From: Cenococcum geophilum
Taxonomy: Eukaryota
Reading direction: 5' to 3'
Assembly: GCA_050273025.1 (NCBI GenBank)
Contig: CP158635.1
Location: forward strand, 13,144,001 to 13,208,000
DNA length: 64,000 nt
The position numbers were made by a program, and so were the translations under genes. Shown here piece after piece: positions 51,876 to 64,000 of the stretch. Within the stretch, counting starts at the first letter, position 1, and every line of letters begins with the position of its first letter. The notes beneath the pieces are model-generated. The model worked only from the letters and a program-made list of their open reading frames with translations, made no database searches and had not been told where the DNA came from.

Positions 51876-52597
51876 CCCTATAAATAGTAATTGACCCTAG
51901 TCTATACCGGAGGCATATATATTAAATGCTTTAATTTAATAAGAAACCTAGATAAGGGGTAAGGGGTAAAGGGTAATAGGCGAGAGCTAGTGGCGAAGGG
52001 AGGACTAATATACACTTAAAAAGACCTTTAATTCCCCCCTAAAGCTTTTAAAAGCTATAAAGCAATAGCAACTCTAATAATAATAATAACGTTAGCACTA
52101 TCTTAATCTTCATTTTAAATCCCTCCTAAAATTTTGCTTAATAATAACAATTTCTATACTAGTCCCCCTAAAAAATTAATAGCTTTATCTTAGCACTATA
52201 TAATTATAGCCCCTAAGAAAAGCGCGAGTAATAAGCCTAAAAGGAGGAGCAGGGGAGTACCTCTTTTTCCCCTATAAAGTTAAGAAGCATTATAAGCTTA
52301 GGCAATTAATAGTATATTATTCTACCTAGGATCTTAGTTTAGAGATTCTGTTTAATAAAGCGCCTATAGACCGTATATATAATTACAAGAAAGCTTATAA
52401 TAAGTATTATAAGAATAATAAGGATAATAAGAATAACGAGGAAGATTTCTATAGGGATAGAAATAACAGTTAAGTCGCTAGAGGAAGTAGTTAGTAATTA
52501 TCCCAACAATTACCCTACCACTCTCCCTCTTTCCCTAGCAGTTTTAAATATATAGTTTTAATAACTAGTAGTAAATCTAATAGTTATTAAAAATAAT

Positions 52598-54126
52598 ATA
52601 GCCGATCTAGACTTAGAAGCTAAGGGTAATAAAGCTAGTAACGCTAATAATAAAGCTAACGGAGCTGGCGAAGCCGATAATTAACTAATACCTTATAGAT
52701 TAGGTATACGCTTCCCCTTTTAATTTATAATAGCCTTATTTAAAAATTAGTAGATAATAGGAATAATAGCAGTAATAAGGATAATAAAGATAATAAGGAG
52801 CTGCCTTTATTAGAAGCGCTAGAAAAGAAGGTACGCGTACCTATATATAATTATACTATACCCTTAACGCTAGACGGCAACCAAACGGATAATTTAGCAA
52901 AGGGGCGTCGCATTAAAACCATTTCGCAATTCTGGTAGGAGCTTAGGATATTAGTTACTACTAATTAAGGGTTTTTAGGAGCCCAGAAGTTAAGGAAGCG
53001 GAGGTTTAATTATATTAAACAACTAGATAATATTAATTATATCTCCAATACTTCTATTAGTAAGAGTAGTAAGAGCCTATAACCTAGGAAGCAATAAAGC
53101 TTACTAGCTCCCTAGAAGACCTTACCTTCTAGCCCTTCTACCCTTAGCCTTAATAATAGCGATAAATATATTAAGGAGTAAGCTACCTTTACTGCGCGGT
53201 CTACTAGCCCTTCCCTTTAGCAATCTTTATCTTCTTATAATGTTAGATTAGATATTAAATTACCGTAAGATAAGGTTAATAACAATTATAATTAAATTCT
53301 GAACGATCTTATTAATGGCCTAGCTAAAGAATGCGATTATAGCAATAATGCTAAGGACGGCGAGGTTATAGATAAAGGCAATGCCAAGAACTGCAACTAT
53401 GGAAGCGACAACAGCGGCAATACGGATAATAATGACGCTAGGAACGGCGACAGTAGCAATAGCGACAGTAGCAATAGCAATAGCAGCAATAGTAATAAGG
53501 GTAACGAGGCCTATGGGTGTATAGGGCAGCGAGAATCGCTAGCGCCTATTAGTAGTAAATTAAAACCAAAGCGTACTGCAAAGTATTATCTTTAGCGGTC
53601 TTACCTTTCTCCTTTAATTCTATTTATGCGCACGTCTAACCGGAGCACTACGCTTAGCAGTAATTATCGTAAGTAGGCTAGATCCCTTATATATAATCGC
53701 CTTTATACCTAAAAACTGCTATTAAACTTAGCCCCTAATTTTAACTCTAGTAAAGCGATATTAGGAGCCGTCTTAAATACTAATTTAAAAGAATAGTTAA
53801 TCTAAGTAGCTCTTAGGCGCTAGGAAAACGGGTTATATATACTAGATATCCTTCCTTAATAATTCCCTTTACCTTTTAACTTAGTTAAATAGCCCTAGGA
53901 CCTAAAGCCCTAAGAGCTAAAATTTAAAGTAAAATTTACTAAAAAGAAAGACGCGCTACTTATTAAATTAAAGGAGGAATATAATCTTTTATGGGAACAA
54001 ATTAAAGACTACTTTTTAAAGAAAACTCTTGGATTACTATAGGCGCATTATTATTTAAAATTAAAGGCCCGGCCTACTATATAGAAGAAAAGGGGCCAGC
54101 CTACTAGGTAGAAGAGACGGCAATAA
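52598..54126 (+). pseudogene. RIP-inactivated acidic protein with C-terminal Myb/SANT domain
   Basis: 53932-54072 de-RIPs to KFTEEEDALLIELKEExDLSWEQIEDxFxKKTLGSLQAHYxSKLKAR. Upstream are ..DADLEEWxIQAALRR.. and D/S/G-rich low-complexity tracts. The start is approximate. Confidence 0.72.
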
Positions 54127-54849
54127 TAGTAGGGCCCTATAGCGCATTTTCTGCAACGTCTTATAATTTTCCGTTATTAGCCTATTTTTTCAGCACTACA
54201 ATTATAAGGCGGTTGCGGCTTTAGCATATATTACGAGCCTAGGAGGCGTAAAGGTATAGGCTTAGTAAGTTTCTACGCAAGCTTTTAACTATTTGCCGGG
54301 ATTAGGGTCCTATTAGTTTAAAGCGTTTAAGGCGGGATAGGAATTTAATATTAGTGTTTTGGGAGGTATAAGTTTAAGATAATATACTAGGTCTTAGGTG
54401 GGTCCAATTATACAGTAACGTATATTATAGGGTAAGGCTAATATCTAGGTTGACGTAAACTACAGTATCCCCACTTTTTAGTGGCTTTATAGTAGCGGGT
54501 TCTATAGAGATAGGAAGCCGAGGTTTACATTTAATAGTCCAATTATTTAAGTGCATTTTCTTAAGGCGGTGTTGCTATATATAGCCGTTTTTATTTAAAT
54601 TTTACTGCTAATATATCTATATTATATATCTCTAATTAAAATAGAGCCTTATAAGCTGTAAGACTCATTATATTACTAAGCATTACAGCACCTATAGCTA
54701 TTAGTTTATATTATACTAAAGCTAAAATACAAATCCTCTCTTTTACTACTAATACGCTTAAAAGAATTCGTTAAGTTATAAACTTCTCTATACTTAAGAT
54801 ATACCAATCTACTAAGATTATAGTGAAATATAAAGAGTGCTAAAAGAAA

Positions 54850-56200
54850 CTAAGATATTCCTTAAAGATAAATTACATCATCCCCTGCCCTAGCGTTATT
54901 ACGCTAAGTAGGTAAGCGTATCTTAACCTAATACCTATAATATAAAGTACGGCGTAGTTTAGGAGCTTGCTAGTAAGCGGAAAGCGTTTAGTATATCTAG
55001 AATAAAAGATAGTTAGTATATTATACTATATATAAGAATAGTAAGACTAATAGACTTATAAAGCATAAAACTTACCTTTATTAACGCTAATAACGCCTAA
55101 GAAATAGGTAAAGTATAAATCTAGACAGAGAAGCCTTTAGATTTTTAAGTAAAGGATAAGATATCGCAAATATTAAAAGAAAAGCCTTAAGAGTATAAAG
55201 GAAATGCCGTGGCGCCGCTACCGGAGATAGATTTCGTAAACCTATAAATAAGTTTAGATAGTTTAAAAAAAATTCTAGTTTTATAAACATACCTTACTTA
55301 TCTATTTCTTTAATAACGCTATCTATATAGTTATATTTGCCATTTTAATAGCCTCTAATAATAACTCTAAAGGCCCCTAGGGACTTTAATTTAGGAAATA
55401 TTCCTTATTTATAATAATCCTCTATATTATTGTTAGAAAGTTTATAAAAGGCAATATAATATATTAAGATATAATAATAAGCCGATCTAAAGGTAAAAAT
55501 TTTATTCTTTTAAGGCATACTTAAATATAAAGGTTAGGCTTAAATAGAGTATAAAGCGAGAAGAGGGGACCTATTAATTAATAAACTAGCAAAGTTAATT
55601 AGCTTTACGTTTAAATGTTTATCTAAAAAAATATTATAGCATAAAATATCACTATATATAACACCTTTAGAGTAAATATATTTAAGAATATCTGTAAGCT
55701 ATAAAATCTAACGCATTTATAAAGTTTAATTAATGTTATTACTTCTATCCTAAAGAAACCTATAGAGCTAGCTGTTTAGAGCGCGTTCTAAATATATCGC
55801 TATACGGTTATTCTTTTAGAAAAGTTCGCTGCTATAGTATTATAAGAGTCTATTATATTAACCGAGTCTCTTATAGATCTCCTTTTCGACTTTAATAAAG
55901 TATTAAGAATTCGCGTTATTTAGAGCTTTAATAACCTTATTTTAAAGTTTGTTGCAATATATAGTGCCTAAAACTTCCTAGTTAATAAGATTTTTATAGC
56001 TATAGCTAGGGGGTAGCACTACAATAAGGTCTATAAGTGTTAAAGTAGTAGTTAATATTAAATATATAAAGAGCTTTAAAGGGGTAGTAAAACCCCAGTG
56101 TCTAGCTAACTAATTTATTATTCGCCCTATATTTTAAACGTTATTCCTAAATAAGATTAGTCTCTATAGCAGATACACTAACTTTATACTCTATAATAAG
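54850..56200 (+). pseudogene. RIP-degraded unknown coding sequence
   Basis: Codon-like frame with RIP-type stops; no domain recognised. Confidence 0.3.
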
Positions 56201-56659
56201 ATAAATATAAAGAGGGGTAATAACTTCTAGCAAAAGAGACGGCAATAATTATAGTGTGCCCTTCTTTTTGGCCTAGGGATCTCTTTCTAGCTTTAGGTTC
56301 TACTTCTAGCTTATTCTATTATAGCGCATTTTTTATAACTAAAAATTATTGCTAAATATAGCTATATACTAACTAAGGCTACAGTTATTAAATATACTAG
56401 GCTATACTACTAACTATATAATTACTATAGCTAAATATAAAGCCGGGCCTAGTATATAGTAAGAACTTACTAATATAAAAAGAAAGTAGATTTTTAAGAG
56501 GTTAAGGTATATAGGAAATAATTACATTAATTAGCAGAAAGAAGAGTTAGCTAATTTATAGAATTTTATATCTACCGCATTATTAAGAACTATAGACCTA
56601 CTAATTAATCTATATACTAGAGTTAGACTACCTTTAGGTTAATCTTTACCTATTCTTTA

Positions 56660-57442
56660 ATATTAGATTAAAGGACTGCTTACACCACTATACTAGTCTA
56701 TAGATTTTAGACTATTACTTTCGTACTCTAGAAGCAGTTGGACTATTATAGTATCTCTATATACTTTAGCTATAAATAACGGCGTTCTACCTAAGGAGTC
56801 CCTTAAGTTAATATTAACACCCCTATGCTTAACTAGAAGTTATACCACTATATTATACTTATAATCAACAGTCTATAATAGTAGTATCTAACTAAAGCAG
56901 TCTCTTATATTAATATAAATATTCTTATATTCTAGAAGCAGTTAAACCATATCTTTATACCCCTTTTTTACGGCTAATAATAGTGGTATCTAGCCGTTTT
57001 CCTACTTGCAGTTTATATTAACGCCTTTTAAAAGTAGCTATACTACTACCGTCTGCCTAAACCTTATAGCGCATAACAGCTTATAGGAAAAGTCCTCTAG
57101 GTTAAGACTACTAAGTCCACTTTTAATTAACAGCCGTACTACTAATTTATGTCCGTTTCTTACTGCCCATAATAAATCCGCACGCCCATAGTATCGATAT
57201 TAAGTTACCACTCTAATTTTAGCAGCTTTAAGAGATTTTTAAGCAGTTATATCTTGTCCTTGTTTTATAGCCCATGTTAATACCGTGCTATCCTCCCGTT
57301 TAACATTATAGCGATAAAGGTAGGGATTTAGAATACTATAGAGGCGGTTATTTATCCGGGCGAAAGTATTAATGTCTCCCTCCACTTATAGGTTCTTGGC
57401 TATTAATAATAATATTTTAATTAATAGATTAAGTAGTAATAT
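56660..57442 (-). pseudogene. RIP-inactivated F-box + ankyrin-repeat protein
   Basis: De-RIPed (M)SLLDLPTEILLLIAENL..GDINTFARxNxRLYSILNPYLYR; ANK units GQTPLSLAVKKGYEDMVQLLLE..VNxRDxFGxTPLLW.. and INxRDSLGRTPLF..VQLLLE. Confidence 0.82.
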
Positions 57443-57624
57443 TCTCTGTAACTATTAATTAGGACCATAAGTAGTTATACTTAAGTAGCGAGAATACTTA
57501 CTACTAAAGTAGAAAATCTAGCTAGGGCAATTATTATAGTTTAATTAAAGGACCTATTATATCCCTTAAAACTAAGGGTTAATTTTTTTAGAGAATAAAT
57601 TTATATTAGCGTAAATCAAAATTA

Positions 57625-58143
57625 AGATTCCTTAAGCGCTGTGGCTTTAGGCAGCACGTCCTTAGCATACTACTATTAACCACTTATGTTCCCGCTAACG
57701 CTATAGTACGCGCTAAGCAGAAATCTAATTTAAGATTTCTAAATCTGTTTTATGCGTATAAGATATAAGTAGCAGTTATCGGTAGTCCTTATATTCTAAT
57801 TTATAAACTCTTTATTCTAATCTTTACTCTTTCCCCTTATATGTCTTTTATAAGTTTGGAATATATAGTAAGCTCTTATAATTCTTTAGCGACCTACCTA
57901 AACTTTGCGAAATAGTATATAAGCCTATAAAGGATTCTTAAATGCCGGATTATACTACTTTACAGTCTAAAAGATAAAAGAGAAAGTATGCTATTAATTT
58001 AACGAATTCTCCGCTTCTTAAAATGTTACTAAAATTATTACCTATTAGTATATCTTATTCTATACCCCTTAAAGGTTCTTTATAGGCGTCGCCTATTAAG
58101 TAGATTTCGTCCTTTTTAGAAGGCGAAGTAACTAGAACTTCTA
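57625..58143 (-). pseudogene. RIP-degraded hypothetical protein
   Basis: Frame de-RIPs to ..HFEESFxGLYTISQSLGRSLEELQELTVYSKLMED..NRFGNLESDFCLARTVALA; function unknown. Confidence 0.4.
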
Positions 58144-58244
58144 TGCGATAATATAACACCCTAAGGATAACCCTACGGCTAACACTAAAATAGTTAAGCT
58201 GTAGTAATGTTATATTGGATAAATAGGGCCCTAATAGATCTCTA

Positions 58245-58610
58245 ATAAGTAATGCTTCTAAAGAAGATGGAATAAGACCTAGAATTAAAACAACTCTATT
58301 AGATAAGGGTGAAGTCTACACGCAAACTCTAGAAAAACGGCAATAACTTAGGTTTAGTAGACAAAGCAGCACGTTATTTAAAAAAGCTAATAAGCTTAGC
58401 GATCTAACTAAAGCTAAAATATTTATAATCGTGCGTTATAAGGGAAAGCACTTTATTTATATTTTTAATAAGAGCTTGTCCTGGCCAGAAAAGCTTCTAT
58501 AGGTAAAAGATCTCCTTAGGAATTTCTTAATATACTATTACTAATCTATTATAGGGATCTAAGGTTGTTGTTATCCCTACTAATATTAAAGCTGTTAAAG
58601 CTTGGGAGTG
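58245..58610 (+). pseudogene. RIP-inactivated small MADS-box (SRF-TF-like) protein, intron 58503-58554
   Basis: 58335-58487 de-RIPs to KRQQLRFSRxSSTLFKKADELxDLTEAEVFxIVRxKGKHFIYxSDESLSWP; intron GTAAAAG..TACTAAT..TAG. Confidence 0.72.
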
Positions 58611-58914
58611 TATGTTTTAAGTTAAGCTTTAATAGGTATTTTCTAGGGGATTTAATAAGGATATTAAGTTACTGCTTTAAACTATCTATATATTTACTAT
58701 AAATTTAAATTTTAAGTTCTATTTTATATTTAATAGATATAGTTTTTAATTAGCGAAGTGTAACTATGCTTTAAATTTATAAGTTGTAATTTAATCTATT
58801 AAATTTTTTACTACATAATTTAGAACCTAATTCGCTATTAAATAATTAATATATCCATATAGGTAGTGTATATTTTAATTTTACCCTTTAGTAATATAGG
58901 CGGGCTTATAACTG

Positions 58915-61900
58915 TTAGCTAATCCTAAACCTAGTATAATATATAGAGACTTCCTCTAACTAGATCTTTAGGGAGAGTAACTTCTATTCTATACCACAAA
59001 TCGTTCCCTTTAAAAGACTCGTAATGCCGCTATAATAAAACCCTTCGGCGGTTTAATTCTGGGCTGCTATTAATTTAGTAGCAGGTACTATCGTTAAATA
59101 ATACTTCTTTAAAAAGACGTCCTCTAGCATTACCGCCGCTGCTATCCGGCGTTTATATATTATAAATCCCTTTAAGAGTATCTAATAATAAAGACTGATC
59201 CGTTCTATAGACAAAGACATTTCTAGAGAAAATTTTACCGGGGGTCTAATTAAGTAGGGTAATATAGCTATTCTCCTAGTATATTAGCAGTAAAGTACTA
59301 CCGGAATAGGCAGATAATATTAGACTTCCCACTGTCTAATTGGGCTGCGATTAACTATCTTTATATATAAGATTAGTAGATAGAAGAATATTATTATCAC
59401 GAGTATTAGGAGAAAGAAGATATATTATAGACAGATCTTTAAATTTAGGGGTCCGTGGCACTTATAATAAGTTTAGCTAAATATTAGAGTTCTTATAATA
59501 AGTATTTCTTACTATATCCTTAAGGAAATCTAGAAAATCCTTTAAGTACTCTACTGGTAGCGAGAACTAGTATTCTTTCCACCTATATATACGCGGATGC
59601 GGATTACAAAAATTAAACAGTAATATAAAATATCCAAGCTATATATAATATGGCTATTAGTGTTAATAAGGTGGCGTTATAAGATACTATAGGGAAGACT
59701 ACCTTAGAATAAGTTTATGGTACTGCTATAAAAGAGCCTAAAGGGAATGCGCAGAATTTATATGGGCAATATTAGACTAAAAACTTAATATAGTTTACTA
59801 TTCCGTATTCTTAATAATTTTATTAGCTTTTTTATTTTTAGTCTTTAGGTTATTTAATAGATACAGTAAGCATAAAAAGTACCCTATTTACTCTTAAGGG
59901 GCTATATTAACAACTAATATAGAATTAATAGGGATATTGTTTAGTATTAGTTATATAGGGCACTAGATTTTTAACCCCGCTTACCTATAAACAAAATATA
60001 TACGTGCTAGATATTTATCCACTTCTATTAAACCAACCCTCCACATAAGAATCGTTAGGTATTTACCCTAATTATTACTTAGATATGCCTCTACCTTAAG
60101 TATAATACGCTTGCTAGTATCTCTACGCTTTTCCTACTACATTTTATTTATAATTCCCCTTTTTCTTTTAAGAGACACTACCTCCTCTCTTAGCTTCTGG
60201 TTGGCCTTCTTTAGTATTTTAGTTTTAATTTTAGTCTACAGGTAGCTTATTTATAGAGTAATAGCATAACCAGGATTGCTGCTATTAAATATATTGTTGG
60301 TAATATCTAAGACGGTAAGTCCTAACCTAACTGCGATATATTTATATACTTACAATAACTTCTAGGTTATAATGCCAAGTTAATCTCTTTTACACTTTAA
60401 TTTGGAGCCTTAATAGTTCTAGTTTTAGCTTTAACTCTAGTACCCTATTAGTAAGGCCTCTTACTACTATAGCACGGGAAGCATTCCTTATCTTTAGAAG
60501 CGCCTTTCCCCTAATAGACATGCCCTTTGCTCTAGATCTCTCTGCATACCTTTCTCCGTCACTTATTATTTCGCTATTACTTATATTAATTATTCTTTCT
60601 ATAACCTTTATTATCGATATTTAATTAGCTAACTTTAGGACGGAATATATACTATAGATTACTTAAGAAGTATTTTATATGGGTTCCTGGTAAGGGGACA
60701 TAAGATTCTTTTATATCCTCCTTCCTACCTATGCATAGGGCTAGACGGATCCTTAAACCCTACCGGCGGTATAATTAATGCCTATTATTATTCTACAGCC
60801 TAGACTAACGTAAAATGTATAGGTTATAACGTATAAGCTTACTCCGCCTTTATAGGAGTAAGGCATTATATAAAAGAGGCTGTCGCTACTTTCTTTCTAA
60901 TACGCTAGACTATATCCTATATATAGCTAAGCCCGCTTTACTAATGTCCCAACATTTGGTTAGATAGGATCTTAATCTATATATCTTAGACTATAGCTTC
61001 CTATACTATGGCTAAGACATTTATAGATTTATCTGCAACGGTTAAAGGGGCTTAAAGTATTACTATAAAGCCATTATTAAACGCTATCTTACTTAGCTAC
61101 TTTTAAGAGTAACAGAGCGCTAAATTATAATAGGTATAAAGAATCCTAGCGCTTTATACTTAGAGCTGCTTTTAGTGACTTCGGTAGTATATTAAGACTA
61201 TTTATAATTTAATAAGTAATAGTAGCTAAGTACTGCTTATAAAGCTAGAGACTGGTGCGTTAGTTCTTCCATACTAATATAATATATTTTAGTTAGGTAT
61301 TTATATTTAATAACAGCTTAGCCAATAATTACCCCTAGTAATACCTCCTTTAATTTAAACAGCCACCGTTAGATTTAGTTAAGTAGCCTACGCTTTTAGG
61401 CGCAGATAGTACGCTAAGTAAGGAGTAATTATAGCTAACGGATATTACGCGCCAGCTTTAGGGTAAAGGGGCCGCTAATGTACTTTGCCTTATTTAGGTA
61501 ATATTAGTCTCCCTTTTTAAACTTAGCCTTAGCTCTATTAAGTAGTAAAGGAAACATTATAAAGGTGGTATTTACCTTATCTTTAAATGTCCTTAGATTA
61601 AGCTACCTTTTCTTTAAATACTAAGCCTCGCTAAAATATAGTTCTTTTCTGTGCTTGTTAAATAAGTCCTATTATATATAATGCCTTAGATAAACCTAAA
61701 TTAGATTACTAATAATTCTTATAGGTCTGTAGGAAGAGCTTAGGAGACGATCTGTATATACCCTAGCTTTATATATTTTACACCTTATAATTAAGGATAG
61801 GAAGAGGATAGTAATAAAGATAGTAATAAAGAGACAGTGGTTTTAAACCGTAGTAATAAGTTACGGAGTTTTAGCTACCTTATTAATAGATTGCGCTAAA

Positions 61901-63945
61901 GTAACCTAGTAGAAGGGCGAATTGATACTATTAATATCGATAAACTGAGCCGGAGTAATGATAACGGATTATTAAGTAACAATAGAAAACTTGGGATTTG
62001 GTATAATTTAGTAGGCAAGACTCTATAAGTATAATGCTATATAAAAGAATAAAGTAGAAATTTAATAAGAAATTGTAGGACGCCTATAGAACGCCTAGTG
62101 GTCTGTCTACGTCCTAAAATTCCCGCTTTTATCTCTCTTAGCTTAATCTCTTCCAAGCTCTATATAATTTATAATAATCTCTTAAATCTCTTAATACGGG
62201 CGGAAGATTTTATTTACTATATTACCGATAAAGGACAACTAATATATAACAATAACTCTAAACTCTATAAGTTTCTTTTTAAGCTTAAACACTTATATCC
62301 TAAACAAGTACCAGTTATATTTAAGGTTAGTAGGCTTATAGATTTACATATTAAAGAGTTTAAAAATAATATCTAGTATATACTCTTTAGCGCTTATTCC
62401 ATCCATTGTAATCTGCTAAGTGGGATTATATACCTCTACTAGTGTAGTAGGAAAGGGTTAGGAGGAAGTATAGTGGGACTTCTACTTATCGCTAAATTCG
62501 TAGGGCTTCTTCTATAGGAATTTCTCTCGTTCTTTAAGATTAAAGTCGTTTTTATTTTTATATATCTACTATTAGTACTTTCTTAGCACCTGCTTTGTAT
62601 CTGTACTTACTAGAATAGTTTTCTAATTACTACCCTTTTCTTTTAAAGAAGCTTCTTAAATTAGGGCTTAAAAATCGGTTTACCCTCTATTAAGGGTTCT
62701 AATGCTATACGATTAGTTAAATAAGAAGACTATTAGGAGGTATAACTATTAATAGAAGTACTTTCTCTATTACTTTTATCCGGTTTTTAGCTAAAATATA
62801 GCTATCTTTTAATTGCATCTAAGCTTTTTATAACATAATTATAATGCTATTACTCTATATTACGAAGCTTCCGGATTTCTATACGCAAAGAGCGTATAAC
62901 TACGGTTTATTTAGTAAGTATATTAATTTTACTTTCCTATAGTACACTTTTATTTGATAAAGTCGTGTTAAAGCTATAAAAATAATTTACTAATTCCGAA
63001 ACTAAAGCTTTGCTTACTTATCCGTTATTTCTAGTAATTTACACCTATTTTGCTAATAACCCTACGCTAAACTATTTTAAAGCTAAGAAATTTGGCAGTA
63101 TTTTTAGCTCTTATTAGTATTAATATAAAGAAGCTTATATAAATACCGCACATTTTAGCAGCTAGAGAAAAGTTACTCTAAGATTAATATTTCTGCTTAA
63201 ATCTATATAATATAGGTAAAAGCAATACTACTTTCTAAGCGCTGTGCTATGGTTTCTAAGGTATATAGTATAAGTAAGAGTTAGGAGATAAAGCCGCGGC
63301 ATATTTAGCTGGCACTGCCGTAACTAAGAAGAAGTTTAGGAATATAGTTCCTACTCTATCTAGAACTGGATAAGGGGCTTTACGTACTAGTGTTTAGGGG
63401 TAGCCCTAATAAGTTAATTATTACTTAAAGCTAATAATCCGACTAAGCTAAGTTTTATATTTGGAATTAAATAGGGGACTTATTTAATATTATAAGAAGC
63501 TTATATATTCTATATAACCTTATCTTTATAACTCTCTTAAATATAGTATATACTCGTGTTTAGCAAATCGATCTAAAAGGCCTGTATAACTCCGCGTAGT
63601 CTTAAAAATCTTATTATTTCCCTTAAAATAGATATAAAAGCTCTTCTATAGGTCCGCAAGCATCTTTCCTATACTAGGAGAAACCTTAGATCTCTGCGAC
63701 AAGCGTATATCTATAACCTCTTCTTATATATTCTTTTCGAACTCTTCAATTTCTAGGTACTAATATCTCTTGACGATCTCTAATATATTAAACTAATCTA
63801 CCTATATCTGCTTTTACTCTAATATAACCTTATTAGCTAGGGCTATTAAGTTATACTAATCACTATATTATAGCATCTTATCGTTATCTAAAGTTGTTAG
63901 TTGCCTCCTAGTTCGAGAAGACCTTTAGTGTTAGGTAGACTGCAT
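58915..63945 (-). pseudogene. One or more long RIP-degraded unknown coding sequences (an ATG at 63945)
   Basis: Long minus-strand frames with only RIP-type stops (e.g. MQST..; ..YLDEAKYIGGPFTPELARDIR..). No domain recognised, and gene boundaries are unresolved. Confidence 0.35.
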
Positions 63946-64000
63946 TTTATATATATAATAATCCACCTTATTATCAATAATAATTAGATTTACTATCTAT

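Noticed and set aside
50335..52000. Copia internal region next to the putative LTR at 50146-50334
   Set aside because: No RT/RNase H (ADxLTK) motif was seen on the minus strand.
50335..64000. DUF3435 captain, DUF3723 or ferric reductase gene
   Set aside because: I looked for their characteristic motifs on both strands by eye and found none convincing, so the Starship call remains inferential.

Overview
AT-rich, TpA-saturated fungal (Pezizomycotina-type) heterochromatic DNA that has been heavily mutated by Repeat-Induced Point mutation (RIP). No intact protein-coding gene is visible, and most ORFs in the supplied track are RIP debris. Bases 1-50145 are a deeply nested pile of at least five Ty3/Gypsy chromovirus families (called A-E here; LTRs, 5-bp TSDs, PPTs, gag/PR/RT/RH/IN/chromo recognisable after mentally reverting RIP). 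The pile also holds a Tad1-like LINE, two TA-targeting non-autonomous TIR elements, a tRNA-derived SINE and an ~87-bp mitochondrial nad5 insertion. Family B carries an antisense, intron-containing ORF encoding a Zn(II)2Cys6-type cluster plus coiled coil between its chromodomain and 3' LTR. All five Gypsy families show Tf1-type self-priming PBSs, and families D and E share a conserved 3'-UTR hairpin module. Bases ~50335-64000 are a RIP-destroyed block of non-TE genes (Myb/SANT, F-box+ankyrin, MADS-box, unknowns) resembling dead Starship-type cargo. Protein calls are by-eye translations with RIP reverted; no database searches were run.
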